A stretch of 64,000 nt of DNA from an uncultured delta proteobacterium. Lineage in GTDB: Bacteria > Myxococcota_A > Polyangia > Haliangiales > Haliangiaceae. The stretch spans positions 1,207,221-1,271,220 of the forward strand of contig CAVUQH010000003.1 in the NCBI GenBank assembly GCA_963743525.1, given 5' to 3'. The notes beneath the pieces are model-generated. The model did no database searches. It was not told the DNA's origin and saw only the letters and a list, made by a program, of their open reading frames with translations. Each line of letters starts with the position of its first letter. The first letter of the stretch is position 1. Below are positions 10,442-21,421 of the stretch, piece after piece. Made by a program: the position numbers and the translations under genes.

Positions 10442-11613
10442 GTGAGCACCGAGGCGAGGGATGCGCAGACGCCACCGCCCGGCGACGGGCGCAGCCCCCG
10501 ACGTCTCGTCCTCGAGCTCGACACCACCTCGGCGCTCATCCTCATCGGCGTCGGCCTGGCGGCGGCCGCCGCCCTGGCCGTGGTGCACCAGGCGCCGTCG
10601 ATGCTGGCCCGCATCTTCATCGGGATCGTCCTGGCGCTGGCGCTCGATCCGGTCGTGGTCCGGATCCAGCAGCGCATGCGCTGGCGCCGGGGCACCGCCG
10701 TCGCCCTGGTCGGCACCGTCCTCGGACTTGCGTTCTTCTCGGTGCTGCTCGTCCTCGGTCCACGAGCGATCGATCAGGCGTCGAGCCTGCGACCGCGACC
10801 TGCCCACCACCGTGGAGGACGCCTACTCGTGGCCGATCGTCGGCGACCGCCTGCAGCAGCAGGACGCAGCGCAGCAGGTCCGTGACGCCATCCGGAACCT
10901 GCCATCCGAGCTCAGCGACCGGCAGATCACGCCGGTTCGCCGAGGACCTCCTCGGCGGCCTGCTCACCACCATCGTGGTGCTGGTGACCGCGGTCGTCGT
11001 GATGCTCGACGGCGAGGTCCTGGTCAACCGGATGCGCGCCCTGGTCGACGGCGAACGGCGCGACCGCATCGACAGCGTCGGCCGGGTCGTCTACCGCACG
11101 TTCGGCAACTACTTCGCCGGCTCGCTGTTCGTCGCCATCCTCAACGGCTTCGTCGTCCTCACCCTTGCCCTGGCCCTGGGTGTTCCACTGGCACCGCTCG
11201 CTGCGCTGTGGTCGATGCTCACCAACCTGATCCCCCAGATCGGCGGCTTCCTCGGTGCGTCGTTCCTGGTGCTGCTGGCCTTCACCCAGGGTCCGGTCAC
11301 CGCAGCCATCGCGCTGGTGGTGATCGTCGCCTACCAGAACTTCGAGAACAACGTGATCCAGCCGGCGGTGGTGGGGCGGGCCGTCAACCTCACGCCGCCG
11401 ACCACGATGCTCGCCGCCCTGGTGGGCGGTGCGGTGGCCGGCATCCCCGGGGCGCTGGTCGCCACGCCCGTCGTGGGCGCCATCAAGGTGCTCTACCTGC
11501 GGGAGGCCGACGGTGCGCCGGTGCCCGACAACGTCCCCGTCGGCACCTTGGGCGCCTCCCGGGGCGGTCGCGGCGTGCTGCGGCGCACCTGGTCACGCAT
11601 CGTCGGTCGCTGA
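10442..11613 (+). CDS. AI-2E family transporter (frameshifted)
   Basis: LALALDPVV, NYFAGSL, NLIPQIGG, YQNFENNVIQPAVVG, GIPGALVATP. Confidence 0.88.
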
Positions 11614-12192
11614 GGGCGCGCCGGCCCGGTGGCAGCCGGCGAGATGGTCGTCGACGAGGCCGGCCGACTGCATGAAGGCGTAGACGATGGTGGGCCCGAC
11701 GAAGCGGGCACCCCGGCGGCGCAGGGCATCGGCCAGGGCGGCCGACTCGCCGGTGTGGGCAGGGATGTCGTCGATCGTGGTCAGCGGCTCCTGCCGGGGC
11801 GGGGGCGCGAACGACCACACGAGTGCCGACAGCGACGAACCCTCGTCGGCCAGCTCCTGCGCCAACCGGGCCAGCCGGATGGTGGCTTCGATCTTCTTGC
11901 GGTGGCGGACGATGCCGGCGTCGCCGAGGAGACGCTCGATGTCGGGCTCGTCGTAGGCGGCCACCGTGTCCACGTCGAAGCCGTCGAAGGCGACCCGGAA
12001 CGCCTCGCGCTTGCGCAGGATGGTGATCCAGGCCAGCCCGGCCTGGAACGACTCGAGGGCCAGGAGCTCGAAGACGTCGTGCTCGTCGGTGGTCGGTCGT
12101 CCCCACTCGTGGTCGTGGTAGGCGACGTAGAGCGGATCGTCGCCGCACCACCAGCAGCGGGTGACGCCGTCGGATCCGGTGATCAGGGACAT
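11593..12192 (-). CDS. tag: DNA-3-methyladenine glycosylase I
   Basis: RCWW, YHDHEWGRP, FELLALESFQAGLAWITILRKRE, FVGPTIVYAFMQSAGLVDDHLAGC. Confidence 0.95.
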   Translation of the reverse strand: MSLITGSDGVTRCWWCGDDPLYVAYHDHEWGRPTTDEHDVFELLALESFQAGLAWITILRKREAFRVAFDGFDVDTVAAYDEPDIERLLGDAGIVRHRKKIEATIRLARLAQELADEGSSLSALVWSFAPPPRQEPLTTIDDIPAHTGESAALADALRRRGARFVGPTIVYAFMQSAGLVDDHLAGCHRAGAPSATDDA

Positions 12193-12211
12193 GGAAGCCG
12201 GTCGAAGCGAG

Positions 12212-12970
12212 TCAGAAAACCGTGTAGCCGCCGTCGGCGACGACCGAGTCGCCGGTGTGCCAGTCGACGGACTTGTCACACAGGTAGGCGGCGAGCTTCA
12301 CGTAGTCGTCGCCGGTGGCCCATCGGCGCACCGGCGTCCGGCTGGTCGTGACCTCGCGGAAGCGCTCGTTCTGGTAGCCGTCCTCGGCCAGCTCGGTGCG
12401 GGTCCAGCCGGGCAGGACGGCGTTGACCCGGATCTTGTGGCGGGCCAGGGCGACGGCGCCGGCGCGCACGAGGCCGAGCAGCGCCGTCTTCGACGCCCCG
12501 TAGTGGGCGTTCATCGCCGCGCCGTGGATGGCCGACGTGGACGACATGGCCACGATGGCGCCGCCCTCGCGCTGCTCGACCATCTGCCGGGCGCAGTCGC
12601 GGATGGTCAGGAAGGCGCCGTCGAGGTTGACCGCCATCATGCGACGCCACTCGTCGTAGGTGATGTCGAGGAAGCCCACGGGCCCGGTGGTGCCGGCGTT
12701 GGCCACGCAGATGTCGATGCGGCCCAGGCGGTCGACCGTCTCGGCGACGGCGGCGGCCACCGAGGACTCCGCGGCGACGTCGCAGGACACCGCGATGGCA
12801 TCCACGCCGTGCCCCTTCAGCTGCTCGACCGCGGCAGCCGACTTGTCGGCGTTGCGGGCCCAGACGGCGACGGCGGCGCCGGCGCGGGCGCAGCCCTCGG
12901 CGAAGCCGAGCCCGATGCCGCCGTTGCCGCCGGTGACCACGGCGACCTGTCCCGAGAGATCGTGGAGCAT
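12212..12970 (-). CDS. SDR family oxidoreductase
   Basis: TGGNGGIG, ANAG, YGASK, VNAVLPG, ADGG; intact 252 aa. Confidence 0.93.
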   Translation of the reverse strand: MLHDLSGQVAVVTGGNGGIGLGFAEGCARAGAAVAVWARNADKSAAAVEQLKGHGVDAIAVSCDVAAESSVAAAVAETVDRLGRIDICVANAGTTGPVGFLDITYDEWRRMMAVNLDGAFLTIRDCARQMVEQREGGAIVAMSSTSAIHGAAMNAHYGASKTALLGLVRAGAVALARHKIRVNAVLPGWTRTELAEDGYQNERFREVTTSRTPVRRWATGDDYVKLAAYLCDKSVDWHTGDSVVADGGYTVF

Positions 12971-13001
12971 GGGTCGTGTCTACCGCAGCGCCGGCGGGGG
13001 A

Positions 13002-13442
13002 CTACGAACGGCCGGCGGCGAGCTTCGAGTAGTCGACGCTCCACCAGCGCTCGGGGCGCATGACGAACTTGAGGCTCTGCTCGTTGCTGCTCTCGACGTA
13101 CTCGTCGCCGAGGTCGGGCCCGAAGTAGCGGTGGGCCAACGGCCGGGAGTCCTCCTCGTCGTCGGCGGCGCGGATGGAGACGATGGGTCCCTCGACGCTG
13201 ACGTAGCGGTAGAACGGCGGCGTCTCGTCCTGGACGCACAAGCTGAAGCGCATGGCCTGCTGCAGCAGCCGGCCCTTGACGGAGTCTTCAGGGGTGAGCA
13301 CCCAAAGCTCGGCGCCGGGCCGGTACTGGTACCAGATGGGCACGGTCAGTGGCGGGCCGTCGGGGCGCTCGACGGAGATCACGCCGACGTGCACGTCGGC
13401 GAGGAACTCCTCACGCTCCTCGACGCTCATCGCCAGGCTCAC
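13002..13442 (-). CDS. Pyridoxamine-5'-phosphate oxidase family (PPOX-class, probably F420-dependent) protein
   Basis: EREEFLADVHVGVIS..PLTVPIWY..SLCVQDETPPFYRYVSVEG; GTGA overlap with upstream gene. Confidence 0.85.
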   Translation of the reverse strand: MSLAMSVEEREEFLADVHVGVISVERPDGPPLTVPIWYQYRPGAELWVLTPEDSVKGRLLQQAMRFSLCVQDETPPFYRYVSVEGPIVSIRAADDEEDSRPLAHRYFGPDLGDEYVESSNEQSLKFVMRPERWWSVDYSKLAAGRS

Positions 13443-14014
13443 GTCGCACCGCCGGGTTCGTTCGTCGAGATGCGCAGGGCGTCGCGCAGCCGGGCGATCA
13501 TCTCGTCGTCGAAGTTGGCGTACACCAGCTCGGCACCGGCGAAGCGGTGCACCTCGGCGACCAGGTCGTCCTCGACGATCTTGCTGGCCAGGATGGCGAC
13601 CGTGGCCGTGTTGGGCTTGACCGCGTCGCGGAACCAGGCGACCCACTCGTCGGAGATCCCGAGGTCGACGACCTTGGCGGTGAGAGCGCCGGCGCCGGCG
13701 CCGATGGCCGCACCCGCCGCCCAGCCGACCGGACCGCCGAGGATGAGACCGAACAGCCCGGTCCACATGCCTCCCGACAGCGCGGAACGGCCGGGCTGGG
13801 GGTCGATGGTCTCGCGGACCACGGTCTTGCCGCTCTCGTCCTTGTTGACGATGACGGCGTCCTCGAGCACGAGGGAGCCGTTGGCCTTCAGCCGGGTGAC
13901 GGCGGTGAGGAACTCCTGGGCCCGGTAGATGTCGGGGAAGGAGACGCCCACCAGCGTCTGGGGGATGATGTCCGGATCCTTGCCGGCTTTGCTCGCGTCA
14001 GAGGTCACGGACAC
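13439..14014 (-). CDS. DUF1269 family membrane protein
   Basis: LVLEDAVIVNKDESGK, Gly-rich GGMWTGLFGLILGGPVGWAAGAAIGAG, VDLGISDEW. Confidence 0.8.
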   Translation of the reverse strand: MSVTSDASKAGKDPDIIPQTLVGVSFPDIYRAQEFLTAVTRLKANGSLVLEDAVIVNKDESGKTVVRETIDPQPGRSALSGGMWTGLFGLILGGPVGWAAGAAIGAGAGALTAKVVDLGISDEWVAWFRDAVKPNTATVAILASKIVEDDLVAEVHRFAGAELVYANFDDEMIARLRDALRISTNEPGGAT

Positions 14015-14028
14015 AGACTCCCACGAAC

Positions 14029-15335
14029 TCAACCCTCGCTGTGCGTCACGGCCGGTTCGCCCATCCACTCGCGCAGGGTGTTCTTGAGCTTGATCTGCTG
14101 GATGAAGATGTCGTGCTCGGGGTAGCAGGCCGGGTTCGCCACCATCGGGGCCTTGAAGTAGAAGCTCAGCCACTCCTGGACGCCGCGCTCGCCGGCCCGG
14201 GCGGCCAGGTCGAAGAAGAGGGCCAGGTCGAGCACCAGCGGGGCGGCCAGGATCGAGTCGCGGCACAGGAAGTTGACCTTGATCTGCATCGGGTAGCCCA
14301 TCCACCCGAAGATGTCGATGTTGTCCCAGCCCTCCTTGTTGTCGCCGCGGGGCGGGTAGTAGTTGATCCGCACCACGTGGTCGATGTTCGCCGTAGAGGT
14401 CGGGGTAGGCGTCGGGCTGGAGGATGGTGTCGAGCACGCCGAGCTTGGACACCTCCTTGGACTTGAAGTTCTCGGGGTCGTCGAGGACCTCGCCGTCGCG
14501 GTTGCCCAGGATGTTGGTGGAGTACCAGCCCCGCAGGCCGAGCATGCGGGCCTTGAAGCCGGGCGCCAGGATCGTCTTCATCAGCGTCTGGCCGGTCTTG
14601 AAGTCCTTGCCGCCGATGGGCACGCCCTCGCGCTGGGCCAGCTCGAGCATGCAGGGCAGGTCGGTGGTGAGGTTGGGCGCGCCGTTGGCGAACGGGACGC
14701 CGCTGAGCAGGGCGGCGTAGGCGTAGATCTGGCTGGGGCTGATCTCGGGGTCGTCGTCGCGCAGGCCCTGCTCGAAGGCCTCGATGCTCTGGTGCACGCC
14801 GGTGGGCTCGCGGTACGCCTCGGTGGAGCGCGCACCACACGATGACCAGGCGGTCGCAGTCGTTCTCGGTGCGGAAGCGCTCGATGTCGGCCATGAGCTG
14901 CTCGGCCAGGTCCATCTTGGTGGCGCCGGTCTTCACGCGGGCGCCGTCGAGCTTGGACACCCACCGCTTGTCGAACACCGCGTCCATGGCCACGATGCCC
15001 TCCATCTCGGCCGGAGATCGAGCGCCAGGTCGCGCTCCTCGAGCACACCCGCCGTGCGGGCCGCCTCGAGGGCGTTGGCCGAGATCGGGATCCCACCCGC
15101 CGAACACCAGGTCGTCGAGCGACGCCAGCGGCACGAAGTCCTTGATGAAGCGGGTTGCGGCCCTCCGCGCGCTCGCCGAGGCGGATGTGGGCCATCTGGG
15201 TGAGCGAGCCGATGGGCGTCTCGCCCGCTCGCGGGCGTCGAGCACCCCGGCGATGAAGGTCGAAGCCACGGCGCCGAGGCCGGGGAGCAGGACGCCGAGT
15301 TTGCCGTCGGCGGGAGCGATCTCACGTGCGGTCAT
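14029..15335 (-). CDS. ino1: myo-inositol-1-phosphate synthase (frameshifted)
   Basis: GLGAVASTF, VFGGWD, NGAPN, GKDFKTGQTLMK, STNILGNRDG, CRDSILAAPLVLDL, LSFYFKAP. Confidence 0.93.
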
Positions 15336-15416
15336 GGTCCGATCATACGAAGCGAGCCCGCGACTGACCCCAGGCGGCCGCCTCACGCCCGCTGGTCACA
15401 CCACTAGCGTCGTTCC

Positions 15417-16846
15417 ATGCCTCTCGACCTCGACACGGCGTCCGCCCTCGACCTGGCCGCGTCCATCCGGTCCGGGCAGGTGTCACCCAGCGAGGTGATG
15501 GAAGCGACGCTGGCAGCGATCGACGCCCGCAACCGGGCGCTGAACGCGGTCATCTGGCTCGACGAGGACGACGCCCGGGCGCGGGCACGGGCCGCGACCG
15601 AGCGCATCGCCGCCGAGGGCGCCGACGGGCTGCCGCCGTTCTTCGGCGTTCCGCTGCCGGTCAAGGACCTGACCCCCGTCGCCGGACAGCCGTGCACCCT
15701 CGGCTCGGCCGGCGCCGGAGACGAGCCGGCCGAGGAGACGGCGCTGGTGATCGAACGGCTCGTGGACGCCGGGTTCCTGCTCTGCGGGCGCACCAACTCC
15801 CCCGAGTTCGGCACGATCACCGCCACCGAGAACCCCGGTACGGCATCACCCGCAACCCGTGGAACCTCGACCACACGCCGGGGGGCTCGTCGGGTGGCGC
15901 CTCGGCCTCGGTCGCCGGCGGCCTGTTCACCGTGGCCCACGGCGGCGACGGCGGCGGCTCCATCCGCATCCCCGCCAGCTGCACCGGCCTGGTCGGCCTG
16001 AAGACGTCGCGTGGTCGCATCCCGGGGTTGACCGTGTCGTGGGAGGGCGCCGACGTCGAAGGCGTGCTCACCCGCACGGTCGCCGACACCGCGGCCGTGC
16101 TCGACCTGGTCTCGGCTCCCGACCCGCTGAGCTGGTGGAACGCACCGCCGCCGGCCCGCCCGTACGCCGACGAGGTCGGGGCCGATCCGGGCCGGCTGCG
16201 GATCCTGGCCACCAGCGACGCGCCGATGGACCTACCGGTCGATCCCGAGTGCCGCCGGGCCGTCGAGCGCACCGCCGCGCTGCTCGACAACGCCGGCCAC
16301 GAGATCGTCGACGCCCCGTTCGACACCTACGCCGGCGAGTTCGCGCCCCACTTCGCCCGCGTCGTCGACGCCGGGCTCGCCGACAAGCCGGTGGACTGGG
16401 ACCGCGTGCACCCGTACAACCGGATGGCGCGCGACCGGGCCGCCGCCGTCGACAGCCTCTCGTACGTGGCGTCGGTCGCCGGGCTCCAGCGCTGGACCCG
16501 CAAGCTCGTGGCCCAGTGGGGGCGCGACTTCGACGTGCTGGTGCTGCCCACCATGCCCATCCAGCCGCCCCCGGCCGGCGAGATGCTGGGCCAGATCGAC
16601 GAGGACCCGTCGTCGGCACCCACGGCGCTGCTGCCCAGCGTCATCTTCACGTCGATCTTCAACATGAGCGGCCTGCCCGCCATCTCGCTGCCCGTGCACG
16701 TGGCCGGCGACACCGGCCTGCCCGTCGGCGCGCAGCTGGTCGCCCCGCCGTGGCGCGAAGACCTGCTGCTGCGCGTCGCCGCCCAGGTCGAAGCCGCGCT
16801 GCCGGCGTGGGCCGACCGGCGCCCCGACACCGCCACACTGGGCTGA
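15417..16846 (+). CDS. Amidase (amidase-signature family; one frameshift)
   Basis: GVPLPVKDL, GRTNSPEFG, TPGGSSGGAS, DGGGSIRIPAS. Confidence 0.92.
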
Positions 16847-16878
16847 CTCGTACGACTTGGTCCGGATCGTGGCCGGGT

Positions 16879-17151
16879 TCAGACAGACACCAGGCGCTCG
16901 AACACGAACTCGTGCTCGAGCCGACCGGTGACCCGTTCGGCGCCCGGCGCACGGGCGGGCACGGGCGACGCCTGGAGCAGCCGCCACCCGTCGGCCAGGG
17001 CGTCGCTCCCACGCGGGTACGGGGGCGAGCCGGGGAGCTCGGTGTCGCGACGGGCGCCGTCGTGGAACGACCACCCGACCACCCGACCGTCGAGCCCCGA
17101 GTGCTCGAGGTACAGGAACAGCACCTGCTGGCGCTGGCTCTCGTGGTCCAT
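16879..17151 (-). CDS. Small hypothetical protein coupled to the PhyH gene
   Basis: MDHESQRQQVLFLYL..VVGWSFHDG..PPYPRGSDALADGWRLLQ..HEFVFERLV; TGATG stop/start overlap at 17149-17153. Confidence 0.7.
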   Translation of the reverse strand: MDHESQRQQVLFLYLEHSGLDGRVVGWSFHDGARRDTELPGSPPYPRGSDALADGWRLLQASPVPARAPGAERVTGRLEHEFVFERLVSV

Positions 17152-18068
17152 CACGACGTGACCGCCGCCGGCAGGATGGTCGAGGGGTGCACGGCCGCCT
17201 CCTCGAGCGACGCCCGCTGCTCGGTGCGCGTGAGGTACCAGTCGACGTCGTAGTGGTCGTCGCCGGTCAGGTACCGCCACAGCCGTGACCGGTTGGCCAG
17301 CTCCAGGCGGTAGTCGGCTTCGCCGTACCAGGGTTCGCGGTGGCGGAGGACGGCGGCGACCGAGTCGGTGCGGAACCGGGCGAAGACGTGGTCGTCGGGC
17401 CCGTTGTGCACGGCGGCCAGGTCGCTGGTGTCCCACTGGCGGACCTGCGGCATCGCCGGGTTGAGCCGGATCTTGTACATCAACCGGTCGGTACCCGACG
17501 GGTTGGGCATGCCCCGATGCCACAGCCCCTGGTGGAACAGCAGCACCGAGCCGGCCGGCCCGGACCACTGCTGCTCGCCGGCCAGGTGCTGGTAGCGGCC
17601 GACGTCGGTCTCGTGGACCCGCCGCAGGTGCGTGCCGGGCACGTAGCCGGTGCCACCGGCGTCGGGAGCGACCTCGTGGGGGAAGTAGAACAGCTGCACG
17701 TCGAAGGCCACCGTGGGGTCGATCATGGCGTCCTGGTGGAGGGGCTGACCGAAGGGCGACCCGGCCGGGTTGTGGTGCACGAAGTCGTGGTCGAACACCG
17801 GGTCGGGCCCCAGCAGTGACCGCAGCGCGCCGGCGACGGTGGGCAAGCGCAGCACGGCGCCGATGGCCGACGGGTCGGGGTACAGCTCGTGCAGCGGCTG
17901 TCCGCTGGACGGTGCGTTGGGCCGGGCCGGCGTACCCCAGGTGGCGAGGATGGCGCCCAGTTCGTCCATGGCCGCCTGATTGATCTCGTCGGGCACGACG
18001 GCGGGGAACGCCAGCACCCCACGAGCGACGAACTCTGCGACCTGCGACGTGGTGAGCAGCTCCCCCAT
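17151..18068 (-). CDS. Phytanoyl-CoA dioxygenase (PhyH) family Fe(II)/2OG dioxygenase
   Basis: QVAEFVARG, LHQD (HxD), GGTGYVPGTH, AGSVLLFHQGLWHRG..N..DR. Confidence 0.88.
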   Translation of the reverse strand: MGELLTTSQVAEFVARGVLAFPAVVPDEINQAAMDELGAILATWGTPARPNAPSSGQPLHELYPDPSAIGAVLRLPTVAGALRSLLGPDPVFDHDFVHHNPAGSPFGQPLHQDAMIDPTVAFDVQLFYFPHEVAPDAGGTGYVPGTHLRRVHETDVGRYQHLAGEQQWSGPAGSVLLFHQGLWHRGMPNPSGTDRLMYKIRLNPAMPQVRQWDTSDLAAVHNGPDDHVFARFRTDSVAAVLRHREPWYGEADYRLELANRSRLWRYLTGDDHYDVDWYLTRTEQRASLEEAAVHPSTILPAAVTS

Positions 18069-18148
18069 GGCCGGCAATCTACGCCACCGTCACCTGCTGC
18101 TCCCCATGGACTGCGGGGCGCCGGCGACCGGTCCCTACGATCAGGGAC

Positions 18149-19647
18149 GTGCGCATCCGCCGAACCGCCGCCGTCCTCGTCGGCCTCGCCGCGGCCGGCT
18201 GGGTCGTCGCTCGGCGCTCCCGCCCGGGGCGACTCGCCGCCACGGGGGCGGACCACCTGGTGGTGGCGCCGGCCCGCAACCTCAACAACAAGCGGGCCCG
18301 GGCGATGGAGATGGCACGTGTCGGGCGGCGCACGGGTGGCGACTACGCCCTGCACCGGGCCCGGCGGATCTTCGCCGACGCCGAGCGCCGCGAGGAGCTC
18401 GACACCGCGTTCGAGATGCAGACCGCCGAGCAGGTGGCCGAGACCCTCGGCCACATGAAGGGCGCCATGATGAAGCTCGGCCAGATGGCCAGCTACCTCG
18501 ACCAGGGCCTGCCCGAGCCACGTCCGCGAGGCCCTGGCCCAGCTGCAGGCCGACGCCCCGCCGATGAGCGCCGAGCTGGCCGCCGAGCGTCGTCGACGCC
18601 GAGCTGGGCGCGCCGCCCGAGGAGCTCTTCGCTCGAGTGGGACCCGGTGCCGATCGCGTCGGCGTCCATCGGCCAGGTCCACCGGGCCATCACCCGCGAC
18701 GACCGGGCCGTGGCGGTCAAGGTCCAGTACCCCGGCGTCGACGAGGCCATCGAGGCCGACCTGAGCAGCGCCGACCTCCTGTTCGGCGGCCTGGGCGTGC
18801 TGTTCCCGGGCCTCGAGCCCGGGCCGCTGGTGGAGGAGCTGCGCGACCCGGCTGCTCGAGGAGCTCGACTACGGCCTGGAGGCCGACAACCAGCGGCTGT
18901 TCGCCGACTTCTACCGCGGCCACCCCTTCATCCACGTCCCCGACGTCGTCGACGAGCTGTCGACCGCAGCGGGTGCTCACCACCGAGCTGGCCGAGGGCG
19001 TGCGCTTCGACGAGGTCGCGCGCTGGAGCCAGGCACGAGCGCGACCTGGCCGCCGAGACCATCTTCCGGTTCGTGTTCCGCAGCCTCTACCGACTCCACG
19101 CCTTCAACGGCGACCCCCACCCGGGCAACTACCTCTTCCGCCCCGGCGGCCACGTCACCTTCCTCGACTTCGGCCTGGTCAAGCGGTTCACCGCCGACGA
19201 GATGGAGCACGTTCTCGGCGATGATCCAGCGCGATGGTGCTCGACCGCGACGTCGGCCAGCTTCCGGCGGCCATCGAGCGGCATCGGGCTGCTGCAAGCC
19301 GGGCGACGCCGTTCTCCGACGAGCAGGTGGAGGAGTACTTCGGCCACTTCTACGAGTTGGTGCTGCGACGACGAGGTCACGACGATCGACCCAGCGAGTA
19401 CGCGTCGCGAGTCGGTCCGGCGCATCTTCGACACCACCGGCCCGTACGGCGACATCATGAAGGCGGCCAACGTGCCGCCGGCGTTCGTGATCATCCAGCG
19501 CATCAACCTCGGTCTGTACGCCTCATGGGCGAGCTGCGGGCCACCGCCAACTGGCGGCGCATCGCCGAGGAGCTGTGGCCCTTCGTCGACGGCCCGCCGG
19601 CGACCCCGCTCGGCGAGCTCGAGCAGGACTGGGACCACCCCTCCTGA
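18149..19647 (+). CDS. AarF/ABC1/UbiB family atypical kinase (many frameshifts)
   Basis: MKGAMMKLGQ, PIASASIGQVHRA, VAVKVQYPG, FNGDPHPGNY, FLDFG. Confidence 0.9.
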
Positions 19648-19710
19648 AACTGGCAGTCGCTGCGTACCACCCGACGACGACGTCGCTGCCGCAGTCGTAA
19701 CGTCGGCGGC

Positions 19711-19959
19711 ATGTGTCGCTCGATCACCACCCTCCGGGGCCTCGAACCTGCCGCCACGCCCGAGGAGATCGACGCGGCGGCCCGCCAGTTCGTCCGCAAG
19801 ATCAGCGGCATCCGCCATCCGAGCGCGAACACCGAGGAGCCCTTCGAGCGGGCGGTCGCCGAGATCGCCGAAGTCGCGGCCCGGGTGCTCGACGAACTGC
19901 CGCCCCGCCGGCAGCCACCCAAGACCGTGCCGCCTACCCGGCGAGGTCATCCGGCCTGA
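19711..19959 (+). CDS. DUF2277 family protein
   Basis: MCRSITTLRGLEPAATPEEIDAAARQFVRKISG. Confidence 0.85.
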   Translation: MCRSITTLRGLEPAATPEEIDAAARQFVRKISGIRHPSANTEEPFERAVAEIAEVAARVLDELPPRRQPPKTVPPTRRGHPA

Positions 19960-20062
19960 CCCCGGCATCCCTTCTCGCTTCCGGGCCGCGGATCGCGGCA
20001 TCTGGCACAGACCTCGCACCCCAGAACCGCGGTGCGCCAGGGTGCACCGTAGGGTCGGAGGC

Positions 20063-21420
20063 ATGCCTGGACTGCTCGACGGTGACCCGATCCGCACGCT
20101 CGACGACTACGTCGCCAAGGGCGGCGGGGAGGCGTTGCGGATGGTCGACGAGATCGGCCCCGACGGCGTGCTCGACGAGCTCGACGCCTCGGGTCTGCGC
20201 GGCCGGGGCGGCGCCGGCTTCCCCACGGTCACCAAGTGGCGGTCCATCGCCGGCGGCGGACCCGACGCCGGCGAGCGCTACGTGGTCGCCAACGGCGCCG
20301 AGGGCGAGCCGGGCACGTTCAAGGACCGCACCCTGCTGCGCCATGACCCGTTCTCGGTGGTCGAAGGCCTGCTCGTGGCCGCCCGCACCGTCGGCGCCCG
20401 GCGGGCGTTCATCGCCCTGAAGCGCCCTTCGAGACCGAGATCGATCGGGTGGCCGACGCCGTGGCCCAGGTGGCCGCGGCCGGATGGGCGCCGAGGTCGA
20501 GATCGACTTGGTCGAGGGTCCCACCGAGTACCTGTTCGGCGAGGAGAAGGGCCTGCTCGAGGTGATCGAGGGCGAGGACCCGCTCCCCCGCCTGTTCCCG
20601 CCCTACCTGTACGGCCTGTTCACCACCAACCCGCAGTTCGGCTGGTCGGCCGGCAGCGCCCGGCACCGACTACGAGCCCGACGGCTCCAACCCGACGCTG
20701 GTCAACAACATCGAGACCCTGTCGACCGTGCCCCAGATCGTCCGCCATGGTGGCGAGTGGCACTGCCAGTGGGGCACCGAGGAGTCGCCCGGCACGCTGA
20801 TCTGCACCATCTCGGGCGACACCATCCGCCACGGCGTCGGCGAGTTCGAGCTCGGCACCCCGGTCCGCGAGGTCCTGCTCCAACTCGGCGGTGGCATGCC
20901 CGACGGCCGGGCGGTGAAGTACCTGCTCGGCGGGGTGTCCAACCCGATCCTGCGGGGCGAGCACCTCGACACCCCGCTCACCTACGAACACCTCGACGCC
21001 CTCGGCACCGGCCTCGGCACCGGCGGGTTCATCGTGTACGACGACACCACCGACCCGGTGGAGCTGGCCATGGCCGTCGAGCGCTTCCTGTCGGTCGAGT
21101 CGTGCGGGCAGTGCCCGCCCTGCAAGCTGGGCGGGCAGGCCATCCTCGAGACGCTGGTCGAGATCGGCACCGCCACCGAGAGCCGGCTCTACGGTCAGCT
21201 CAACGGTTGGCTCGCCCAGGTCACCGACGGGTCACGCTGCTTCCTGGCCGAGCAGCAGCGCCGGGTGGTGTCCAGCCTGGTGCCCGACATGCACGACCCG
21301 TCGATGCGCGCCGGCGAGCGGGGACTGCTGATGGCCCCGATCGTCGACCTGCTGGACGGCCGGTTCGTGCTCGACGAGAAGCAGGCTCGCAAGCGCCCCG
21401 ACTGGACCTACGAGGACTGA
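20063..21420 (+). CDS. Stand-alone NuoF/Nqo1-like FMN/[4Fe-4S] oxidoreductase, copy 1 (frameshifted)
   Basis: SGLRGRGGAGFPT, AEGEPGTFKDR, YLFGEEKGLL, PTLVNNIETL, ESCGQCPPC..C. Confidence 0.88.
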
Positions 21421-21421
21421 A

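Noticed and set aside
13439..14797. Apparent Ino1-DUF1269 fusion, and similar joins (ilvE-cimA, greA-hydrolase, IclR-REC, hemerythrin-amine oxidase)
   Set aside because: Each results from an indel or a shadow frame bypassing a clear stop codon.
19648..19700. Possible REP-like hairpin ACTGGCAG..CTGCCGCAGT after the ABC1 kinase
   Set aside because: Pairing is too imperfect to call in an error-rich region.
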